A DNA stretch of 64,000 nt from a virus. Below the pieces are notes generated by a model. The model was not told the origin of the DNA and searched no databases. It saw only the letters and a list, made by a program, of their open reading frames with translations. The stretch covers positions 60,492-124,491 of IMG/VR virus record IMGVR_UViG_3300036818_000105. One strand, written 5' to 3'. Of the stretch, positions 45,372 to 53,819 are shown one piece after another; within the stretch, counting starts at the first letter, position 1, and every line of letters starts with the position of its first letter. A program made the translations under genes and the position numbers.

Positions 45372-45609
45372 CCTCCCGGATCAGCCCGCACTCGACGGCC
45401 GCGCGGAGCCAGTTGCGCGCCTCAAGGGCCGCCGTCTCCTGGTCTTCCTCGTTAAGCTCACCCCAGCCGGGGATGTAGCCCGTGCGCTCCGCGATCCGCT
45501 GGCGGGCCTGCGCGAGGAGAAGAGACTGGCCGCGCTCCCGCTGGCTCGCGTACTCGACTATGACGCCGGTACCGGGCAGGCGGACACGGACCTTGCCGTC
45601 GTCAGCCAC
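45358..45609 (-). CDS. Hypothetical protein
   Basis: Coupled overlaps. Confidence 0.55.
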   Translation of the reverse strand: MADDGKVRVRLPGTGVIVEYASQRERGQSLLLAQARQRIAERTGYIPGWGELNEEDQETAALEARNWLRAAVECGLIREDDGA

Positions 45610-46054
45610 CGTAGAACTCCTCTCTGATCATCCGTGCCTGCTCAATCGTCGACTGGCGGATCTCGACCGGCGCGCGGTGCCCGTGAGGGTCCACATGGTC
45701 GATGTCGTCCTGCATGTGGTCGACGTGCAGGACGCAGCGCTCCACGCTCTCGTCCGGGTGGACCATCGGCTTGGGGCAGCGGAGCGGCGAGTCCCTGGCG
45801 ACGGGCACCTGCCGGGCAAGCCTCGTGACCTCAGCCTGCGCCACCGCGATGGCGTCGCGTACGGCGTCGCAGGCATCAATGGCATCGGTGAGCTGCTTCT
45901 GGGCGCGGGCGAGCCATGCCGCGCTCTCGGAGGGCACGGGCTTCGACACCTCAACGGCGAGGATGATCAGCGTGTCGTCCAGGATGTTGGCCAGGTCATG
46001 CTTGCGGTCACACGCAGCGCGGGCTGCGTCTCTAGCCGGCCTCACGTCAGGCAT
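45602..46054 (-). CDS. Hypothetical protein
   Basis: Coupled overlaps. Confidence 0.55.
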   Translation of the reverse strand: MPDVRPARDAARAACDRKHDLANILDDTLIILAVEVSKPVPSESAAWLARAQKQLTDAIDACDAVRDAIAVAQAEVTRLARQVPVARDSPLRCPKPMVHPDESVERCVLHVDHMQDDIDHVDPHGHRAPVEIRQSTIEQARMIREEFYGG

Positions 46055-46451
46055 CGGCCGCCCCCTTCCCGGTCAGTGCGGCAAGGATCGCCTCGTACTC
46101 GCCACAGGGGAATATGACGCCTTCCCCGTCCTCGTTGAGGCAGGCAGTACAGATGACCGCAGTCGGCTTGTCCCTGCACCGCCAGGATCCGTCGTCGTCC
46201 TCGAAGTGCGCGTCCCCGTCGTAATCCGGTCCGTGAGCGCATCCGGGGCTGCCGTTGAGGCACATCACCAGCCCGTACAGCTGGACGGGGCGGTGGGACT
46301 TCAGGGCTGCCTCAAGGGCCTTCAGGAGCCGCCGCACGTCGCCCTCGGCCACGTCATGCTCGATGGTGTACTCCGTGTAGGTGGCCAGGTCGAGCAACCT
46401 GGGGTAGTCCTCGACGTGAGTGAGGACCGTGCGCAGGAGCTTCGCGTTCAC
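46047..46451 (-). CDS. Hypothetical Cys-containing protein
   Basis: Coupled overlaps; CTAC...FPC. Confidence 0.55.
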   Translation of the reverse strand: MNAKLLRTVLTHVEDYPRLLDLATYTEYTIEHDVAEGDVRRLLKALEAALKSHRPVQLYGLVMCLNGSPGCAHGPDYDGDAHFEDDDGSWRCRDKPTAVICTACLNEDGEGVIFPCGEYEAILAALTGKGAADA

Positions 46452-46717
46452 TGCGGCTCGCCTCCTGCTGCCGCGCGGGCGGCCGACATGCGAATGAGAC
46501 CGGTGGCCATGTCCTGCGCCCGGTTGAACGCGCGCCAGTCCGACGGGCGGTGCGCGGTCTTCTCCGGCACCTGCGCGATGCCGTTAAGGTGGTCGGCGAG
46601 GTTACCCCAGAACAGCCAGTCCTCTTCCGTGACCCAGTGCTCGCGGCGGATCAGCCCCTCGGCATACCGGATCTTAGCGACGGGATTGAGTTCTTCGGGG
46701 TCCATCTCACTGCTCAT
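46448..46717 (-). CDS. Hypothetical protein
   Basis: SD GGAGG. Confidence 0.55.
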   Translation of the reverse strand: MSSEMDPEELNPVAKIRYAEGLIRREHWVTEEDWLFWGNLADHLNGIAQVPEKTAHRPSDWRAFNRAQDMATGLIRMSAARAAAGGEPQ

Positions 46718-46729
46718 CTGCTGCCTCCG

Positions 46730-46930
46730 TCAGTTGATCTGTGCTGTCGTCTGTTGTGTGCCGTACAGCCCGGAGTCAAGCGCCTGCCTGGTCGGGCACG
46801 GCCAGGTCTTCCGGCACTCCCCGCACTTGCCGTCAGCGGGGGCGTGGAGCTTGTCCACCGCGGTCGCCGCCCGCTGGAACCGCTCCGATCCCTTGATCAG
46901 GGCGTCGACCATGGTCACGAGGGCGCTCAC
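46730..46930 (-). CDS. Small Zn-binding protein
   Basis: LH...CGEC..TWPCPT motif. Confidence 0.6.
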   Translation of the reverse strand: MSALVTMVDALIKGSERFQRAATAVDKLHAPADGKCGECRKTWPCPTRQALDSGLYGTQQTTAQIN

Positions 46931-47346
46931 CCCGCGTCTTCCTCGCCGGGGACGACGACGGGGATCACCTGCGCATGCGGCGCGACGATCGCGAACTCCG
47001 TCATCGGGTCGATGCGGGTGTGGTCGCCCTCGTGCAGCGGCTCCACTTCCCGCGTCTCCCCGTACACGGCGACCTGCTCCGCGAGCCAGGAGTCAACGGC
47101 CCGCCTCGCGCTCTCCGGGCTCCCGTCGCCGAACTCTTCCGGTACTGTCACCCCGGCGAGGTCGGGATGCTGGGCGAGCAGCGGGCCCCTGCACTCGTCC
47201 ATGGCGCGCGGCAGCTGGTGGGTGAACAGATTGTCTCCCGTCATCCAGTTGAGGATGTCGTAGACGCCCTCAACGTGGCGCGGGGAGACAAGGCGGCCTG
47301 TGGTGACGGTCAGGATGTCGCCCAGGTGGAACGTCTTCGTGGTCAC
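46927..47346 (-). CDS. Phage hypothetical protein
   Basis: FHLGDIL.VTTGRLVS...LFTHQLPR. Confidence 0.65.
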   Translation of the reverse strand: MTTKTFHLGDILTVTTGRLVSPRHVEGVYDILNWMTGDNLFTHQLPRAMDECRGPLLAQHPDLAGVTVPEEFGDGSPESARRAVDSWLAEQVAVYGETREVEPLHEGDHTRIDPMTEFAIVAPHAQVIPVVVPGEEDAG

Positions 47347-47801
47347 TTCTTCTCTCCTCCTGCCGCCGTGGCGGCTCCCTCGGCGATGTCCAGCCGGATA
47401 CAGGCGTCCACGCCGGCCATGACCGTCCGCACGGCATCCCGGACGGCGCGGGCGATGATCTCGCTGCCCGCGCCCTGCGAGCCGAGCCCTGCGACCTTGG
47501 CGGCCTCTTCGGCGACCTGCTTCTCCAGTGCCGCACGGGCCTGCGGTGCCGTGGTCGCGCTCGCGGGGCGGGCCTGCCCTGCCCGGTCAAGGAAGCCGCC
47601 GGGACCGTAGAACCGCTCGTAGTCGGCCTTGTAGGTGCGCTGCGACATGTCGTTCCGCCACCGGAGGCCCGACAGGCAGTTGCCGCACGTCACCTCATCG
47701 AGGTCGGCGGTGAGCCTTTCCGGGGGAACGGCCGGCAGGTTGCAGGCGCTCGGTCCCGGCTCGCCGCCGGGGTTGTAGTGGACGGCAGGCGTCATGCTCA
47801 T
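47343..47801 (-). CDS. Hypothetical protein (VTCxxC)
   Basis: Coupled overlaps. Confidence 0.55.
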   Translation of the reverse strand: MSMTPAVHYNPGGEPGPSACNLPAVPPERLTADLDEVTCGNCLSGLRWRNDMSQRTYKADYERFYGPGGFLDRAGQARPASATTAPQARAALEKQVAEEAAKVAGLGSQGAGSEIIARAVRDAVRTVMAGVDACIRLDIAEGAATAAGGEKK

Positions 47802-48169
47802 GCGTTCCCTCCTCCAGCCGCCGGGGCGGCTCCCTCGTTCCAGGTCAGTTCAAAGTCGAGCAGCCCGAGCGCGGCAGCCCCGGCCACCTCCGTGACGTCT
47901 TCCGAGTCGCCCGCGTCAAGGGCGGCCGTCCACCCCGCTACCTCTTCGGGCGTCTCGGCGTGCCACCAGCGGAACGGCGCGTGCTTCTCGTGCGCGGTGA
48001 TCACGTCCACGTCGACGGAGACGGCCACCGCGTCCGGGCCGATCGCGTCAGCGATGGCGAGGGCAGCGGCGCACCCCGTCAGGCTCGCCTGCTTGCCGCG
48101 GATGACGTGCTCTGGGGCGACATGGACGTAAGTGGTGTCGCGGGGCCACGGGGGCAGGGGCCCGGTCAT
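47798..48169 (-). CDS. Hypothetical protein
   Basis: Coupled overlaps. Confidence 0.55.
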   Translation of the reverse strand: MTGPLPPWPRDTTYVHVAPEHVIRGKQASLTGCAAALAIADAIGPDAVAVSVDVDVITAHEKHAPFRWWHAETPEEVAGWTAALDAGDSEDVTEVAGAAALGLLDFELTWNEGAAPAAGGGNA

Positions 48170-48354
48170 CGCTCGCCTGCTATCAGCGTGAGGTCTTCCG
48201 GGTACGTCGCCATGACGCCCCGGACGCCGGGGTACTGGACGAACACGTAAACCGTGCTCGCTGCGGCGATCGTCCCGTGCTCCGGCTCGCTGCCAGCCGG
48301 GTGATAGGTCACGGCCTTGCCGACGTGCTCGCGGGCCTCGTCAAGCGTCATCAT
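48166..48354 (-). CDS. Small SH3-like hypothetical protein
   Basis: VG..V.Y...E.G.I.....YVFVQY....AT.PEDL. Confidence 0.6.
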   Translation of the reverse strand: MMTLDEAREHVGKAVTYHPAGSEPEHGTIAAASTVYVFVQYPGVRGVMATYPEDLTLIAGER

Positions 48355-48607
48355 TACCCGCCGCCTCCTTTTCGTCCGCCGCGTGCCATTCCCGTACCTC
48401 GCGGAGGGTGCCGAGCACGGACAGGTGCCGGGTGACGTCCGCCGCCCGCTCGGCGGGGGTGCCCGTGTCGTCCCCGTCGCCGAGTCCGCCATTGACCCGC
48501 TTGCGCAGGAACGCGACCTCGCCCTCGATGTCGTCCAGGGCGGCCAGCGCGCGCCGCCGGGCCACCTTGTCGGCGTTGGCGTGCTCGCGGTTGGGGTAGC
48601 CGGTCAC
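48341..48607 (-). CDS. Hypothetical protein
   Basis: Coupled overlaps. Confidence 0.5.
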   Translation of the reverse strand: MTGYPNREHANADKVARRRALAALDDIEGEVAFLRKRVNGGLGDGDDTGTPAERAADVTRHLSVLGTLREVREWHAADEKEAAGNDDA

Positions 48608-48960
48608 AGTGCCGCCTCTCCCAGGTAGGCGCGGGCAATGGCGAGGGCACCGTTCCAGTCGGGCACCGCGAAGTCCTGATCACAGCTACGCCCCGCGAAA
48701 GTGCTCAGCCAGTCTGCGACGGCGAGGGCAACGAGGGGACTCATGCCTGCGATGTGCTCGGCGTCGGCGTGGTCGGCTTTCCATTCCTTGCGCCCGCTGA
48801 ACGAGACGTGCTTGCGGTCGCGCAGGCGCCCGTCGTTGATGACCGAGCACCCTTCGGAGCCCATGCACATCTGGTGCCAGGGTCCGGGAGACGCAGCCTG
48901 CGCCCTCTCGCGCATCAGGGCAGCGGCCCGGCGGATCTGGCCCTCGGGAGACTCAGCCAT
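48604..48960 (-). CDS. Ead/Ea22-like phage protein
   Basis: A.AASPGPW...DAEHIA..SP.VALAVADWL. Confidence 0.6.
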   Translation of the reverse strand: MAESPEGQIRRAAALMRERAQAASPGPWHQMCMGSEGCSVINDGRLRDRKHVSFSGRKEWKADHADAEHIAGMSPLVALAVADWLSTFAGRSCDQDFAVPDWNGALAIARAYLGEAAL

Positions 48961-48961
48961 G

Positions 48962-49207
48962 TCAGCCCTCCGTCCCTGCGGCCTGTACCGCCTCGGCAGG
49001 CTTGTGCTCGGGGCAGTAGTCCCTGTCGTACCGCCACCCTAGGTTGCTGCGCACGTGCGTCCAGCCCGCCTTCGCGGCCCGCTTGCGGAGGGCCGCGCGG
49101 GTCTCGCCGGACGTGGGAGGGATGCCCTCTTCGCCGTCGAAGAACTGGAAGCAGTCGCGGGGGTAATTGCAGGTCAGCTGGCACCTGCGGAACTCGAAGG
49201 CGGTCAC
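48962..49207 (-). CDS. Small Cys protein
   Basis: C....C...GW...DYCPEH. Confidence 0.55.
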   Translation of the reverse strand: MTAFEFRRCQLTCNYPRDCFQFFDGEEGIPPTSGETRAALRKRAAKAGWTHVRSNLGWRYDRDYCPEHKPAEAVQAAGTEG

Positions 49208-49431
49208 GGGGTCACCTGCCCCGGCGTCACCGCGCGGGCGACAGCCTCGGCGCGACGCTCGGCCTCAGCCCACGCCCTGGCGAACTGCTCGCGCTGCTCG
49301 GCGTTGAAGCGCAGCATCACGCAGTTCGGGTCGACAGACAGTCCCACCCGGTCGCCGACAACGCCCAGCGTCCACGTCTTGCCGTAGGCGTCCACGCCGC
49401 CATCGACCCGGCCTTGCAAGTCACTTGCCAC
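49204..49431 (-). CDS. Hypothetical protein
   Basis: Coupled overlaps. Confidence 0.5.
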   Translation of the reverse strand: MASDLQGRVDGGVDAYGKTWTLGVVGDRVGLSVDPNCVMLRFNAEQREQFARAWAEAERRAEAVARAVTPGQVTP

Positions 49432-49618
49432 CTGGCACCTTCCACGGGTCCCCGTCCGACGCGCGCGTGACCACAGTCGCCTTCTCGCCTGTCATCAGGG
49501 ACACGGCACTCCCGTTGACGAACGCCGCATAATCCTGCGCCCAGCCCTTGCCCGTCTTGACCTTGAACTCCTCCGCCTTCCGGCCTGGAACCTCAAGGCG
49601 GACGCCCCATTCAGCCAT
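49421..49618 (-). CDS. Hypothetical protein
   Basis: SD AGGAG. Confidence 0.5.
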   Translation of the reverse strand: MAEWGVRLEVPGRKAEEFKVKTGKGWAQDYAAFVNGSAVSLMTGEKATVVTRASDGDPWKVPGGK

Positions 49619-49630
49619 TGCCTTCTCCTT

Positions 49631-49939
49631 TCAGCATCGCGGGCACCGCTTGTCCCGCTCGTTCTCGTGCCCGCCGCGCCCGTGCGCCTGGATTCGCTCC
49701 ACGTCGGCCAGTGCCTGACCGGAGGCGACATAGGCGCGGCAGTCGGTCAGGGTTCCCACATGCGAGTCCGCGACGATCCCAGTCGGCCGGTGCGTCACCG
49801 ACCACGGCGTTCCCGGCTCGTCCTCGCGGGTGAGGTCCCAGGTCTTGTCCTTCGTGGTCGCCGACCAGCACTCGCGGCGGCCGCCACGGGACAGGAGCAT
49901 CGTCTTGTCGACGGGGGCGAGGGGGACGGCAGTCTTCAT
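49631..49939 (-). CDS. Hypothetical protein
   Basis: Coupled overlap. Confidence 0.5.
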   Translation of the reverse strand: MKTAVPLAPVDKTMLLSRGGRRECWSATTKDKTWDLTREDEPGTPWSVTHRPTGIVADSHVGTLTDCRAYVASGQALADVERIQAHGRGGHENERDKRCPRC

Positions 49940-50268
49940 CGTCGGCTCTCTTCGTTCTTGGCCCGGACGATGAGCGGCCCGAAGAGGCCGCCCGTCCCGC
50001 GCTCGACCGCGTAGCCTGCTGCCTCGATCGCCTCGGCGTAGCGGGCCTGCTCCCTTACCTGCCGCTCAACAGTGGCGTCCGTGATCATGAAGCTGTTGCC
50101 GTCCTCGTGGTACACGGCGACGGTCCCGTCAGTACGGCCGCCGACGACGTAGCCCCGGGTGCGGCTGCTGAACCCCCGGACGCGCGTCGCGTTGCGCGCG
50201 GAGCGCCCGAATCCGGCTTTGCGCAAGAGCGCGGAGATGCCCTGCGGGGTCGGCTTAGTCTGTGTCAC
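49936..50268 (-). CDS. Hypothetical protein
   Basis: GTGA overlap; SD GGAG. Confidence 0.55.
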   Translation of the reverse strand: MTQTKPTPQGISALLRKAGFGRSARNATRVRGFSSRTRGYVVGGRTDGTVAVYHEDGNSFMITDATVERQVREQARYAEAIEAAGYAVERGTGGLFGPLIVRAKNEESRR

Positions 50269-50540
50269 GGCCGGACTCCCCTCGTCACACTGCCCGCCGA
50301 GACGTGCACCAGCCGGTGCAGCCCGTCCGCCTCCCGCCGCCAGAGCCTCAGGCCGCCGCAGCCGCACGGGCACGGGCCGTCGGCGATCCAGCAGCCGTGG
50401 TCCTTCAGGCTGCTCCCGAGGTAGGTCACCGGGGTTCCGGGGCCGATAGCGGCGGGGACAGCGACGGCGGCGGCGGTTGCCCTGCGAAGGGCGGGGACCT
50501 GGGGGATGTCCTGCGTGGGGGCGTAGCCGGGGTGCGTCAC
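50265..50540 (-). CDS. Hypothetical protein
   Basis: PGTPVTY.GS...CPCGC. Confidence 0.5.
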   Translation of the reverse strand: MTHPGYAPTQDIPQVPALRRATAAAVAVPAAIGPGTPVTYLGSSLKDHGCWIADGPCPCGCGGLRLWRREADGLHRLVHVSAGSVTRGVRP

Positions 50541-50542
50541 GG

Positions 50543-50761
50543 TCAGCGTCCCTCGGCGTCGTACCAGGGTGAGATCTCGGCCCGCGCGTCATCGAGGGCG
50601 ACCCGCAGGCCGTCAGGGCAGTCGTCGCACTCCTGGAGCGCGACCATGGCCGCGACGAACCGCTCCGCCTTGGCGTAGGTGATCTTCTTCGGCGCTGGCA
50701 GGCGCGTGGCCCGTGCCGACGCCCTCGCGCGCTTCAGCCCGTCGCCCATCTTGACTCCCAT
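50543..50761 (-). CDS. Hypothetical protein, first gene after the leftward promoter
   Basis: Downstream of TTGACA-17-TACTGT. Confidence 0.5.
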   Translation of the reverse strand: MGVKMGDGLKRARASARATRLPAPKKITYAKAERFVAAMVALQECDDCPDGLRVALDDARAEISPWYDAEGR

Positions 50762-50775
50762 CGTCAACTAATATC

Positions 50776-50827
50776 GCGAACAAGATTGACAGTAGTCCGG
50801 TCTGGTAGTCGTGTCAACTTTGTTCGC
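50776..50827. promoter_or_regulatory. Leftward sigma70-type promoter inside an inverted-repeat operator
   Basis: GCGAACAAGATTGACA / TGTCAACTTTGTTCGC; minus-strand TTGACA (50817-50812), 17 nt, TACTGT (50794-50789). Confidence 0.65.
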
Positions 50828-50853
50828 AACCTGAGTTGTGTAATCATGAGTGC

Positions 50854-51072
50854 ATGGACACAGACGAGCCCAGCAACCGGGACCGCCGCCTTGAGCAACT
50901 GCGCGGCGACCTCGACAAGGCACATGCCGCGCTGATGGACGCGATCCGGGAAGACCTCGCCCAGGGCGCAACCCCGTCGCGGATTGCCCGGCACGCCGGA
51001 TGGACTCGCGAGTACATCGGGAAGATCCGTGACGGAAAAGCCGGGGGGCCGCTTCGCCGCCGGTCACGCTGA
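50854..51072 (+). CDS. Small HTH regulator
   Basis: AIRE.LA.G.TPS.IARHAGWTREYI.KIRD. Confidence 0.7.
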   Translation: MDTDEPSNRDRRLEQLRGDLDKAHAALMDAIREDLAQGATPSRIARHAGWTREYIGKIRDGKAGGPLRRRSR

Positions 51073-51319
51073 CTACCAGGGGCCTTTCAGTTCGACCCGC
51101 TCGCGCAGGTCCCTCCGAAGCTCCCCCGAGCGTCCGCCCCGCGACCTCTTCCTCGCCGCCCTCGCGGGCACGCCGGCCAGTGAGGGCGGGGTACAGGTAA
51201 GCCCGCCATCCCCTGAACTCGGCGGGGCAGATCCCCGCCCGCTTCCCGCCGACAAGGATGTCCGCCGAGCCGATGTTGTAGCCCGTCACCGCCAGGCGGG
51301 CAGGCTTGCCGCCGCTCAC
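51073..51319 (-). pseudogene. Hypothetical gene with a +1 frameshift at a G5 run (or an assembly error)
   Basis: The N-terminal frame joins the ELRRDLRERVELKGPW* frame if one base of 51123-51127 is removed. Confidence 0.45.
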
Positions 51320-51510
51320 CGGACCGCCCCCGCCCGGCGGAGGCGGCTCTCGAAGTTGCGGAGGCCCCGCCAGTCCGACGGGGTGGAACTCGTGACCGCC
51401 ACCAGGCGCCCGCGCTTGTCCCGCACGTGCCAGTGGCTTGACTTCCGCCCCCTGGAGACCGAGTAGCCGTCGCGGCGGAGCCTGCGTATCAGTGCGTCGA
51501 GGTCGTTCAC
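51316..51510 (-). CDS. HicA-like (dsRBD-fold) protein
   Basis: GYSV....SSHW.V...G..V...STPSD.R...N....LRRAG. Confidence 0.65.
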   Translation of the reverse strand: MNDLDALIRRLRRDGYSVSRGRKSSHWHVRDKRGRLVAVTSSTPSDWRGLRNFESRLRRAGAVR

Positions 51511-51770
51511 GCCGCCGCCTTCCCGCGCCCTGGCCTGACCATCCCGGCCATGTGCCCGTACGCCTCACTGACTCCCGCGGCCGCCTCGGCGAGCCGCTGA
51601 CGGCCGAGCGAGCGCGACAGGACGCGCCCGGCGATGCGCTCGTCCGCGGCCTCCTCCGCGTAGGCGTCAGCGAGGGCGAGAAGCGCGTCAACCACCCCGG
51701 GCACCGTGCCCGCGGGCATGCGGTGCCAGAGTGCGCCCTCGAGCTCCTCGCGGGCCTCCCCGGCGCTCAT
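51507..51770 (-). CDS. Hypothetical protein
   Basis: Coupled overlaps. Confidence 0.5.
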   Translation of the reverse strand: MSAGEAREELEGALWHRMPAGTVPGVVDALLALADAYAEEAADERIAGRVLSRSLGRQRLAEAAAGVSEAYGHMAGMVRPGRGKAAA

Positions 51771-52066
51771 GCCGCCCGCCCGGCCTCAAGCCTCACGGCC
51801 CGCTTCTTCGCCCGCATCCGCTGGTTCACCGCGGCGGCAACCGAGATGCAGGCGTTCAGGTGCCCGGCGGCGAGCCCGCACGTCGACCGGGCCTGCGGCA
51901 GCCACCTCGCGCACGACGGGTGGCGCCCGCCGAGAAGAGCGGCGGCGTGCTCCTCGGCCACGACGGCGAGCCTGTCCGCCAGGTCCCGGTCGCGGTCCGG
52001 CAGCAGGGCGGCCATGGCGTCCCTCAACTGCTCACCGGTCACGGCGGGGATGCGGGTTCCCCTCAT
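51767..52066 (-). CDS. Hypothetical protein
   Basis: Coupled overlaps. Confidence 0.5.
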   Translation of the reverse strand: MRGTRIPAVTGEQLRDAMAALLPDRDRDLADRLAVVAEEHAAALLGGRHPSCARWLPQARSTCGLAAGHLNACISVAAAVNQRMRAKKRAVRLEAGRAA

Positions 52067-52329
52067 GGCGCGCCGCCAGTCAGCCGCGCCTTCTCTGCCA
52101 GCCCGAGTTCCCGCGCCCGTTCCCGCGTCTCGCCCCGGAGCAGGGCGGAGACCTCGGCCTCGAAGAACCGGTAGTGACCGCCGCCGGGGTTCCTCGTCGA
52201 CACCAGCCCCCTCGAGACGGCCCAGCCGGTGACAGTCGGCGGGGAGACCTGGAACAGCGCGGCCACCTCCCCGGTAGTCAGCAGCCTGACGTCCCCGCGG
52301 ATGATCGAGACCCGCTCGCGGGCGCTCAT
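52063..52329 (-). CDS. BldC-like HTH protein
   Basis: LLTTGEVAALFQVSPPTVTGWA...RNPGGGHYRF.E.EV.ALL. Confidence 0.75.
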   Translation of the reverse strand: MSARERVSIIRGDVRLLTTGEVAALFQVSPPTVTGWAVSRGLVSTRNPGGGHYRFFEAEVSALLRGETRERARELGLAEKARLTGGAP

Positions 52330-52682
52330 GACCCGCCCCCGTCAAGGGCCCGCAGGACACTGCCCGCGAGGTCCCGCGCGACCTTGAACATGAGGATGTC
52401 GCTGTCCCCGTACTGAGCGAGGAACGCGCCGATCCCCTCGCGGGCGCCTGCGATCTTCGCCTCGGCGTCGTCGGCGCGCGCCCGCTGGGAGGCGAGCCCG
52501 GCGTCGATCACCCGGGCGATCCTGTCCCCGAGGGCGGCAAGCTCGGCTTCCGCTTTTTCGGCCCGCCCCCGTTCGAAGGCGACCGCGTCCTGCGCCCGCT
52601 CCAGCAGCGGCCCGTACACGGCGGGCCCGCCTCCGTCCGGTGCCGGACTGGCCGGGGCGGGAGCAGCCTCAGTCCCGGCCAT
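52326..52682 (-). CDS. Coiled-coil hypothetical protein
   Basis: Coupled overlaps. Confidence 0.5.
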   Translation of the reverse strand: MAGTEAAPAPASPAPDGGGPAVYGPLLERAQDAVAFERGRAEKAEAELAALGDRIARVIDAGLASQRARADDAEAKIAGAREGIGAFLAQYGDSDILMFKVARDLAGSVLRALDGGGS

Positions 52683-53445
52683 CGGGCACCCCGATCCCGG
52701 CGGCCTCACGGAGGCCAGCAGCACAGCGTCGGTAGGCCCGCCCGCTGATGCTGCCGTCCCTCTGGACCGTGCTCTTGTCGGCCAGCAGGGCGTCTGCCTC
52801 CCACTGGGTGGCGAGGGCGGCCAGTTCGGACGGCGGCTGCGGATCGCCCGTCAGGCGCGAGTCAATCGCGGTGAGCAGCTGCACGGCGAGGTCGTGCGGG
52901 CGCGCGGGCGTCACGAGCCACATGCCGTCCCCAGCGTCAGAGTGTTCCGCCTGGTCGACGTCGACCAGGATTTGCCTGCCGGCGAACGCGGCAGCAAGGG
53001 ACCTGACGGTAACGGGCGCGGGCTGGGGCGTGACGCCGAGCGCGGTGTCGGTGAGGATCTCGCGGAGCTGGCGGGCGGTGACGGCCGACGCGTGGGCCGC
53101 GCCCATGTCGAACTCCGAGTCGGTGTTGCGGCAGCGCTCCACGGTGTCGTCCAGGCTGGCCACGAGGGCGCAGAGCCTGACCTTGACCCGCGCGAACTCG
53201 TCGGCGCGCGCGCCCCGCTGGCTGCTCTCGCGGCTCGTCTCCTGGAGGACCGTCTTCATGGCGTCGAGCTGCTCACGGACGTCGCCGGGCGCGGGCTGCG
53301 GCTGCTGCGCGGCGATGGCGTCGAATCCGCCCCGGACCGTTCCCGGCAGGTCTTCCCACTTCCCGGCCGGCACGTTGCAGACGATCTCAGGGACTGCGGC
53401 CCGCCACACCTCGTACACCGCCTGCCCTGGCGTCGCGGCGGTCAC
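52669..53445 (-). CDS. Hypothetical protein
   Basis: TPGQA.YE.W motif; coupled overlaps. Confidence 0.55.
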   Translation of the reverse strand: MTAATPGQAVYEVWRAAVPEIVCNVPAGKWEDLPGTVRGGFDAIAAQQPQPAPGDVREQLDAMKTVLQETSRESSQRGARADEFARVKVRLCALVASLDDTVERCRNTDSEFDMGAAHASAVTARQLREILTDTALGVTPQPAPVTVRSLAAAFAGRQILVDVDQAEHSDAGDGMWLVTPARPHDLAVQLLTAIDSRLTGDPQPPSELAALATQWEADALLADKSTVQRDGSISGRAYRRCAAGLREAAGIGVPDGRD

Positions 53446-53819
53446 GACGTCGCCTCGCTGACAGCGTCGTCCCAGTCGCCCTCGTGCAACTGGGACGACG
53501 GGCCGCTGCCGTCGTCGTCAAGGTCGGGGTCGTCCTCGGCCGCGATCTCGTCGGCTTCCCGGTCCTCGGCTTCGGCGGCGAGCCGCTCCCGGCCCGCGTC
53601 AGTGAGCCGGTACTCATCGTCCGGCAGCGTGAGTTCCGCCGCCGTAACGACGGCATCGGCGACGGCCCTCCACCTCACCCGTTCCTCTTCGGCGATGAAC
53701 CGCCACTCGACTGCCGCCGCGTCCGCCCCAAGCTCGTAGTGGACGGCGTAGGCGGCGATCGCCGGGAGGTCAGGTGACGTGCTTGCGAGCGCCTCCAGGC
53801 CTGTCGCTCCGGCGGTCAC
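53442..53819 (-). CDS. Acidic hypothetical protein
   Basis: GGAGG + GTG. Confidence 0.55.
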   Translation of the reverse strand: MTAGATGLEALASTSPDLPAIAAYAVHYELGADAAAVEWRFIAEEERVRWRAVADAVVTAAELTLPDDEYRLTDAGRERLAAEAEDREADEIAAEDDPDLDDDGSGPSSQLHEGDWDDAVSEATS

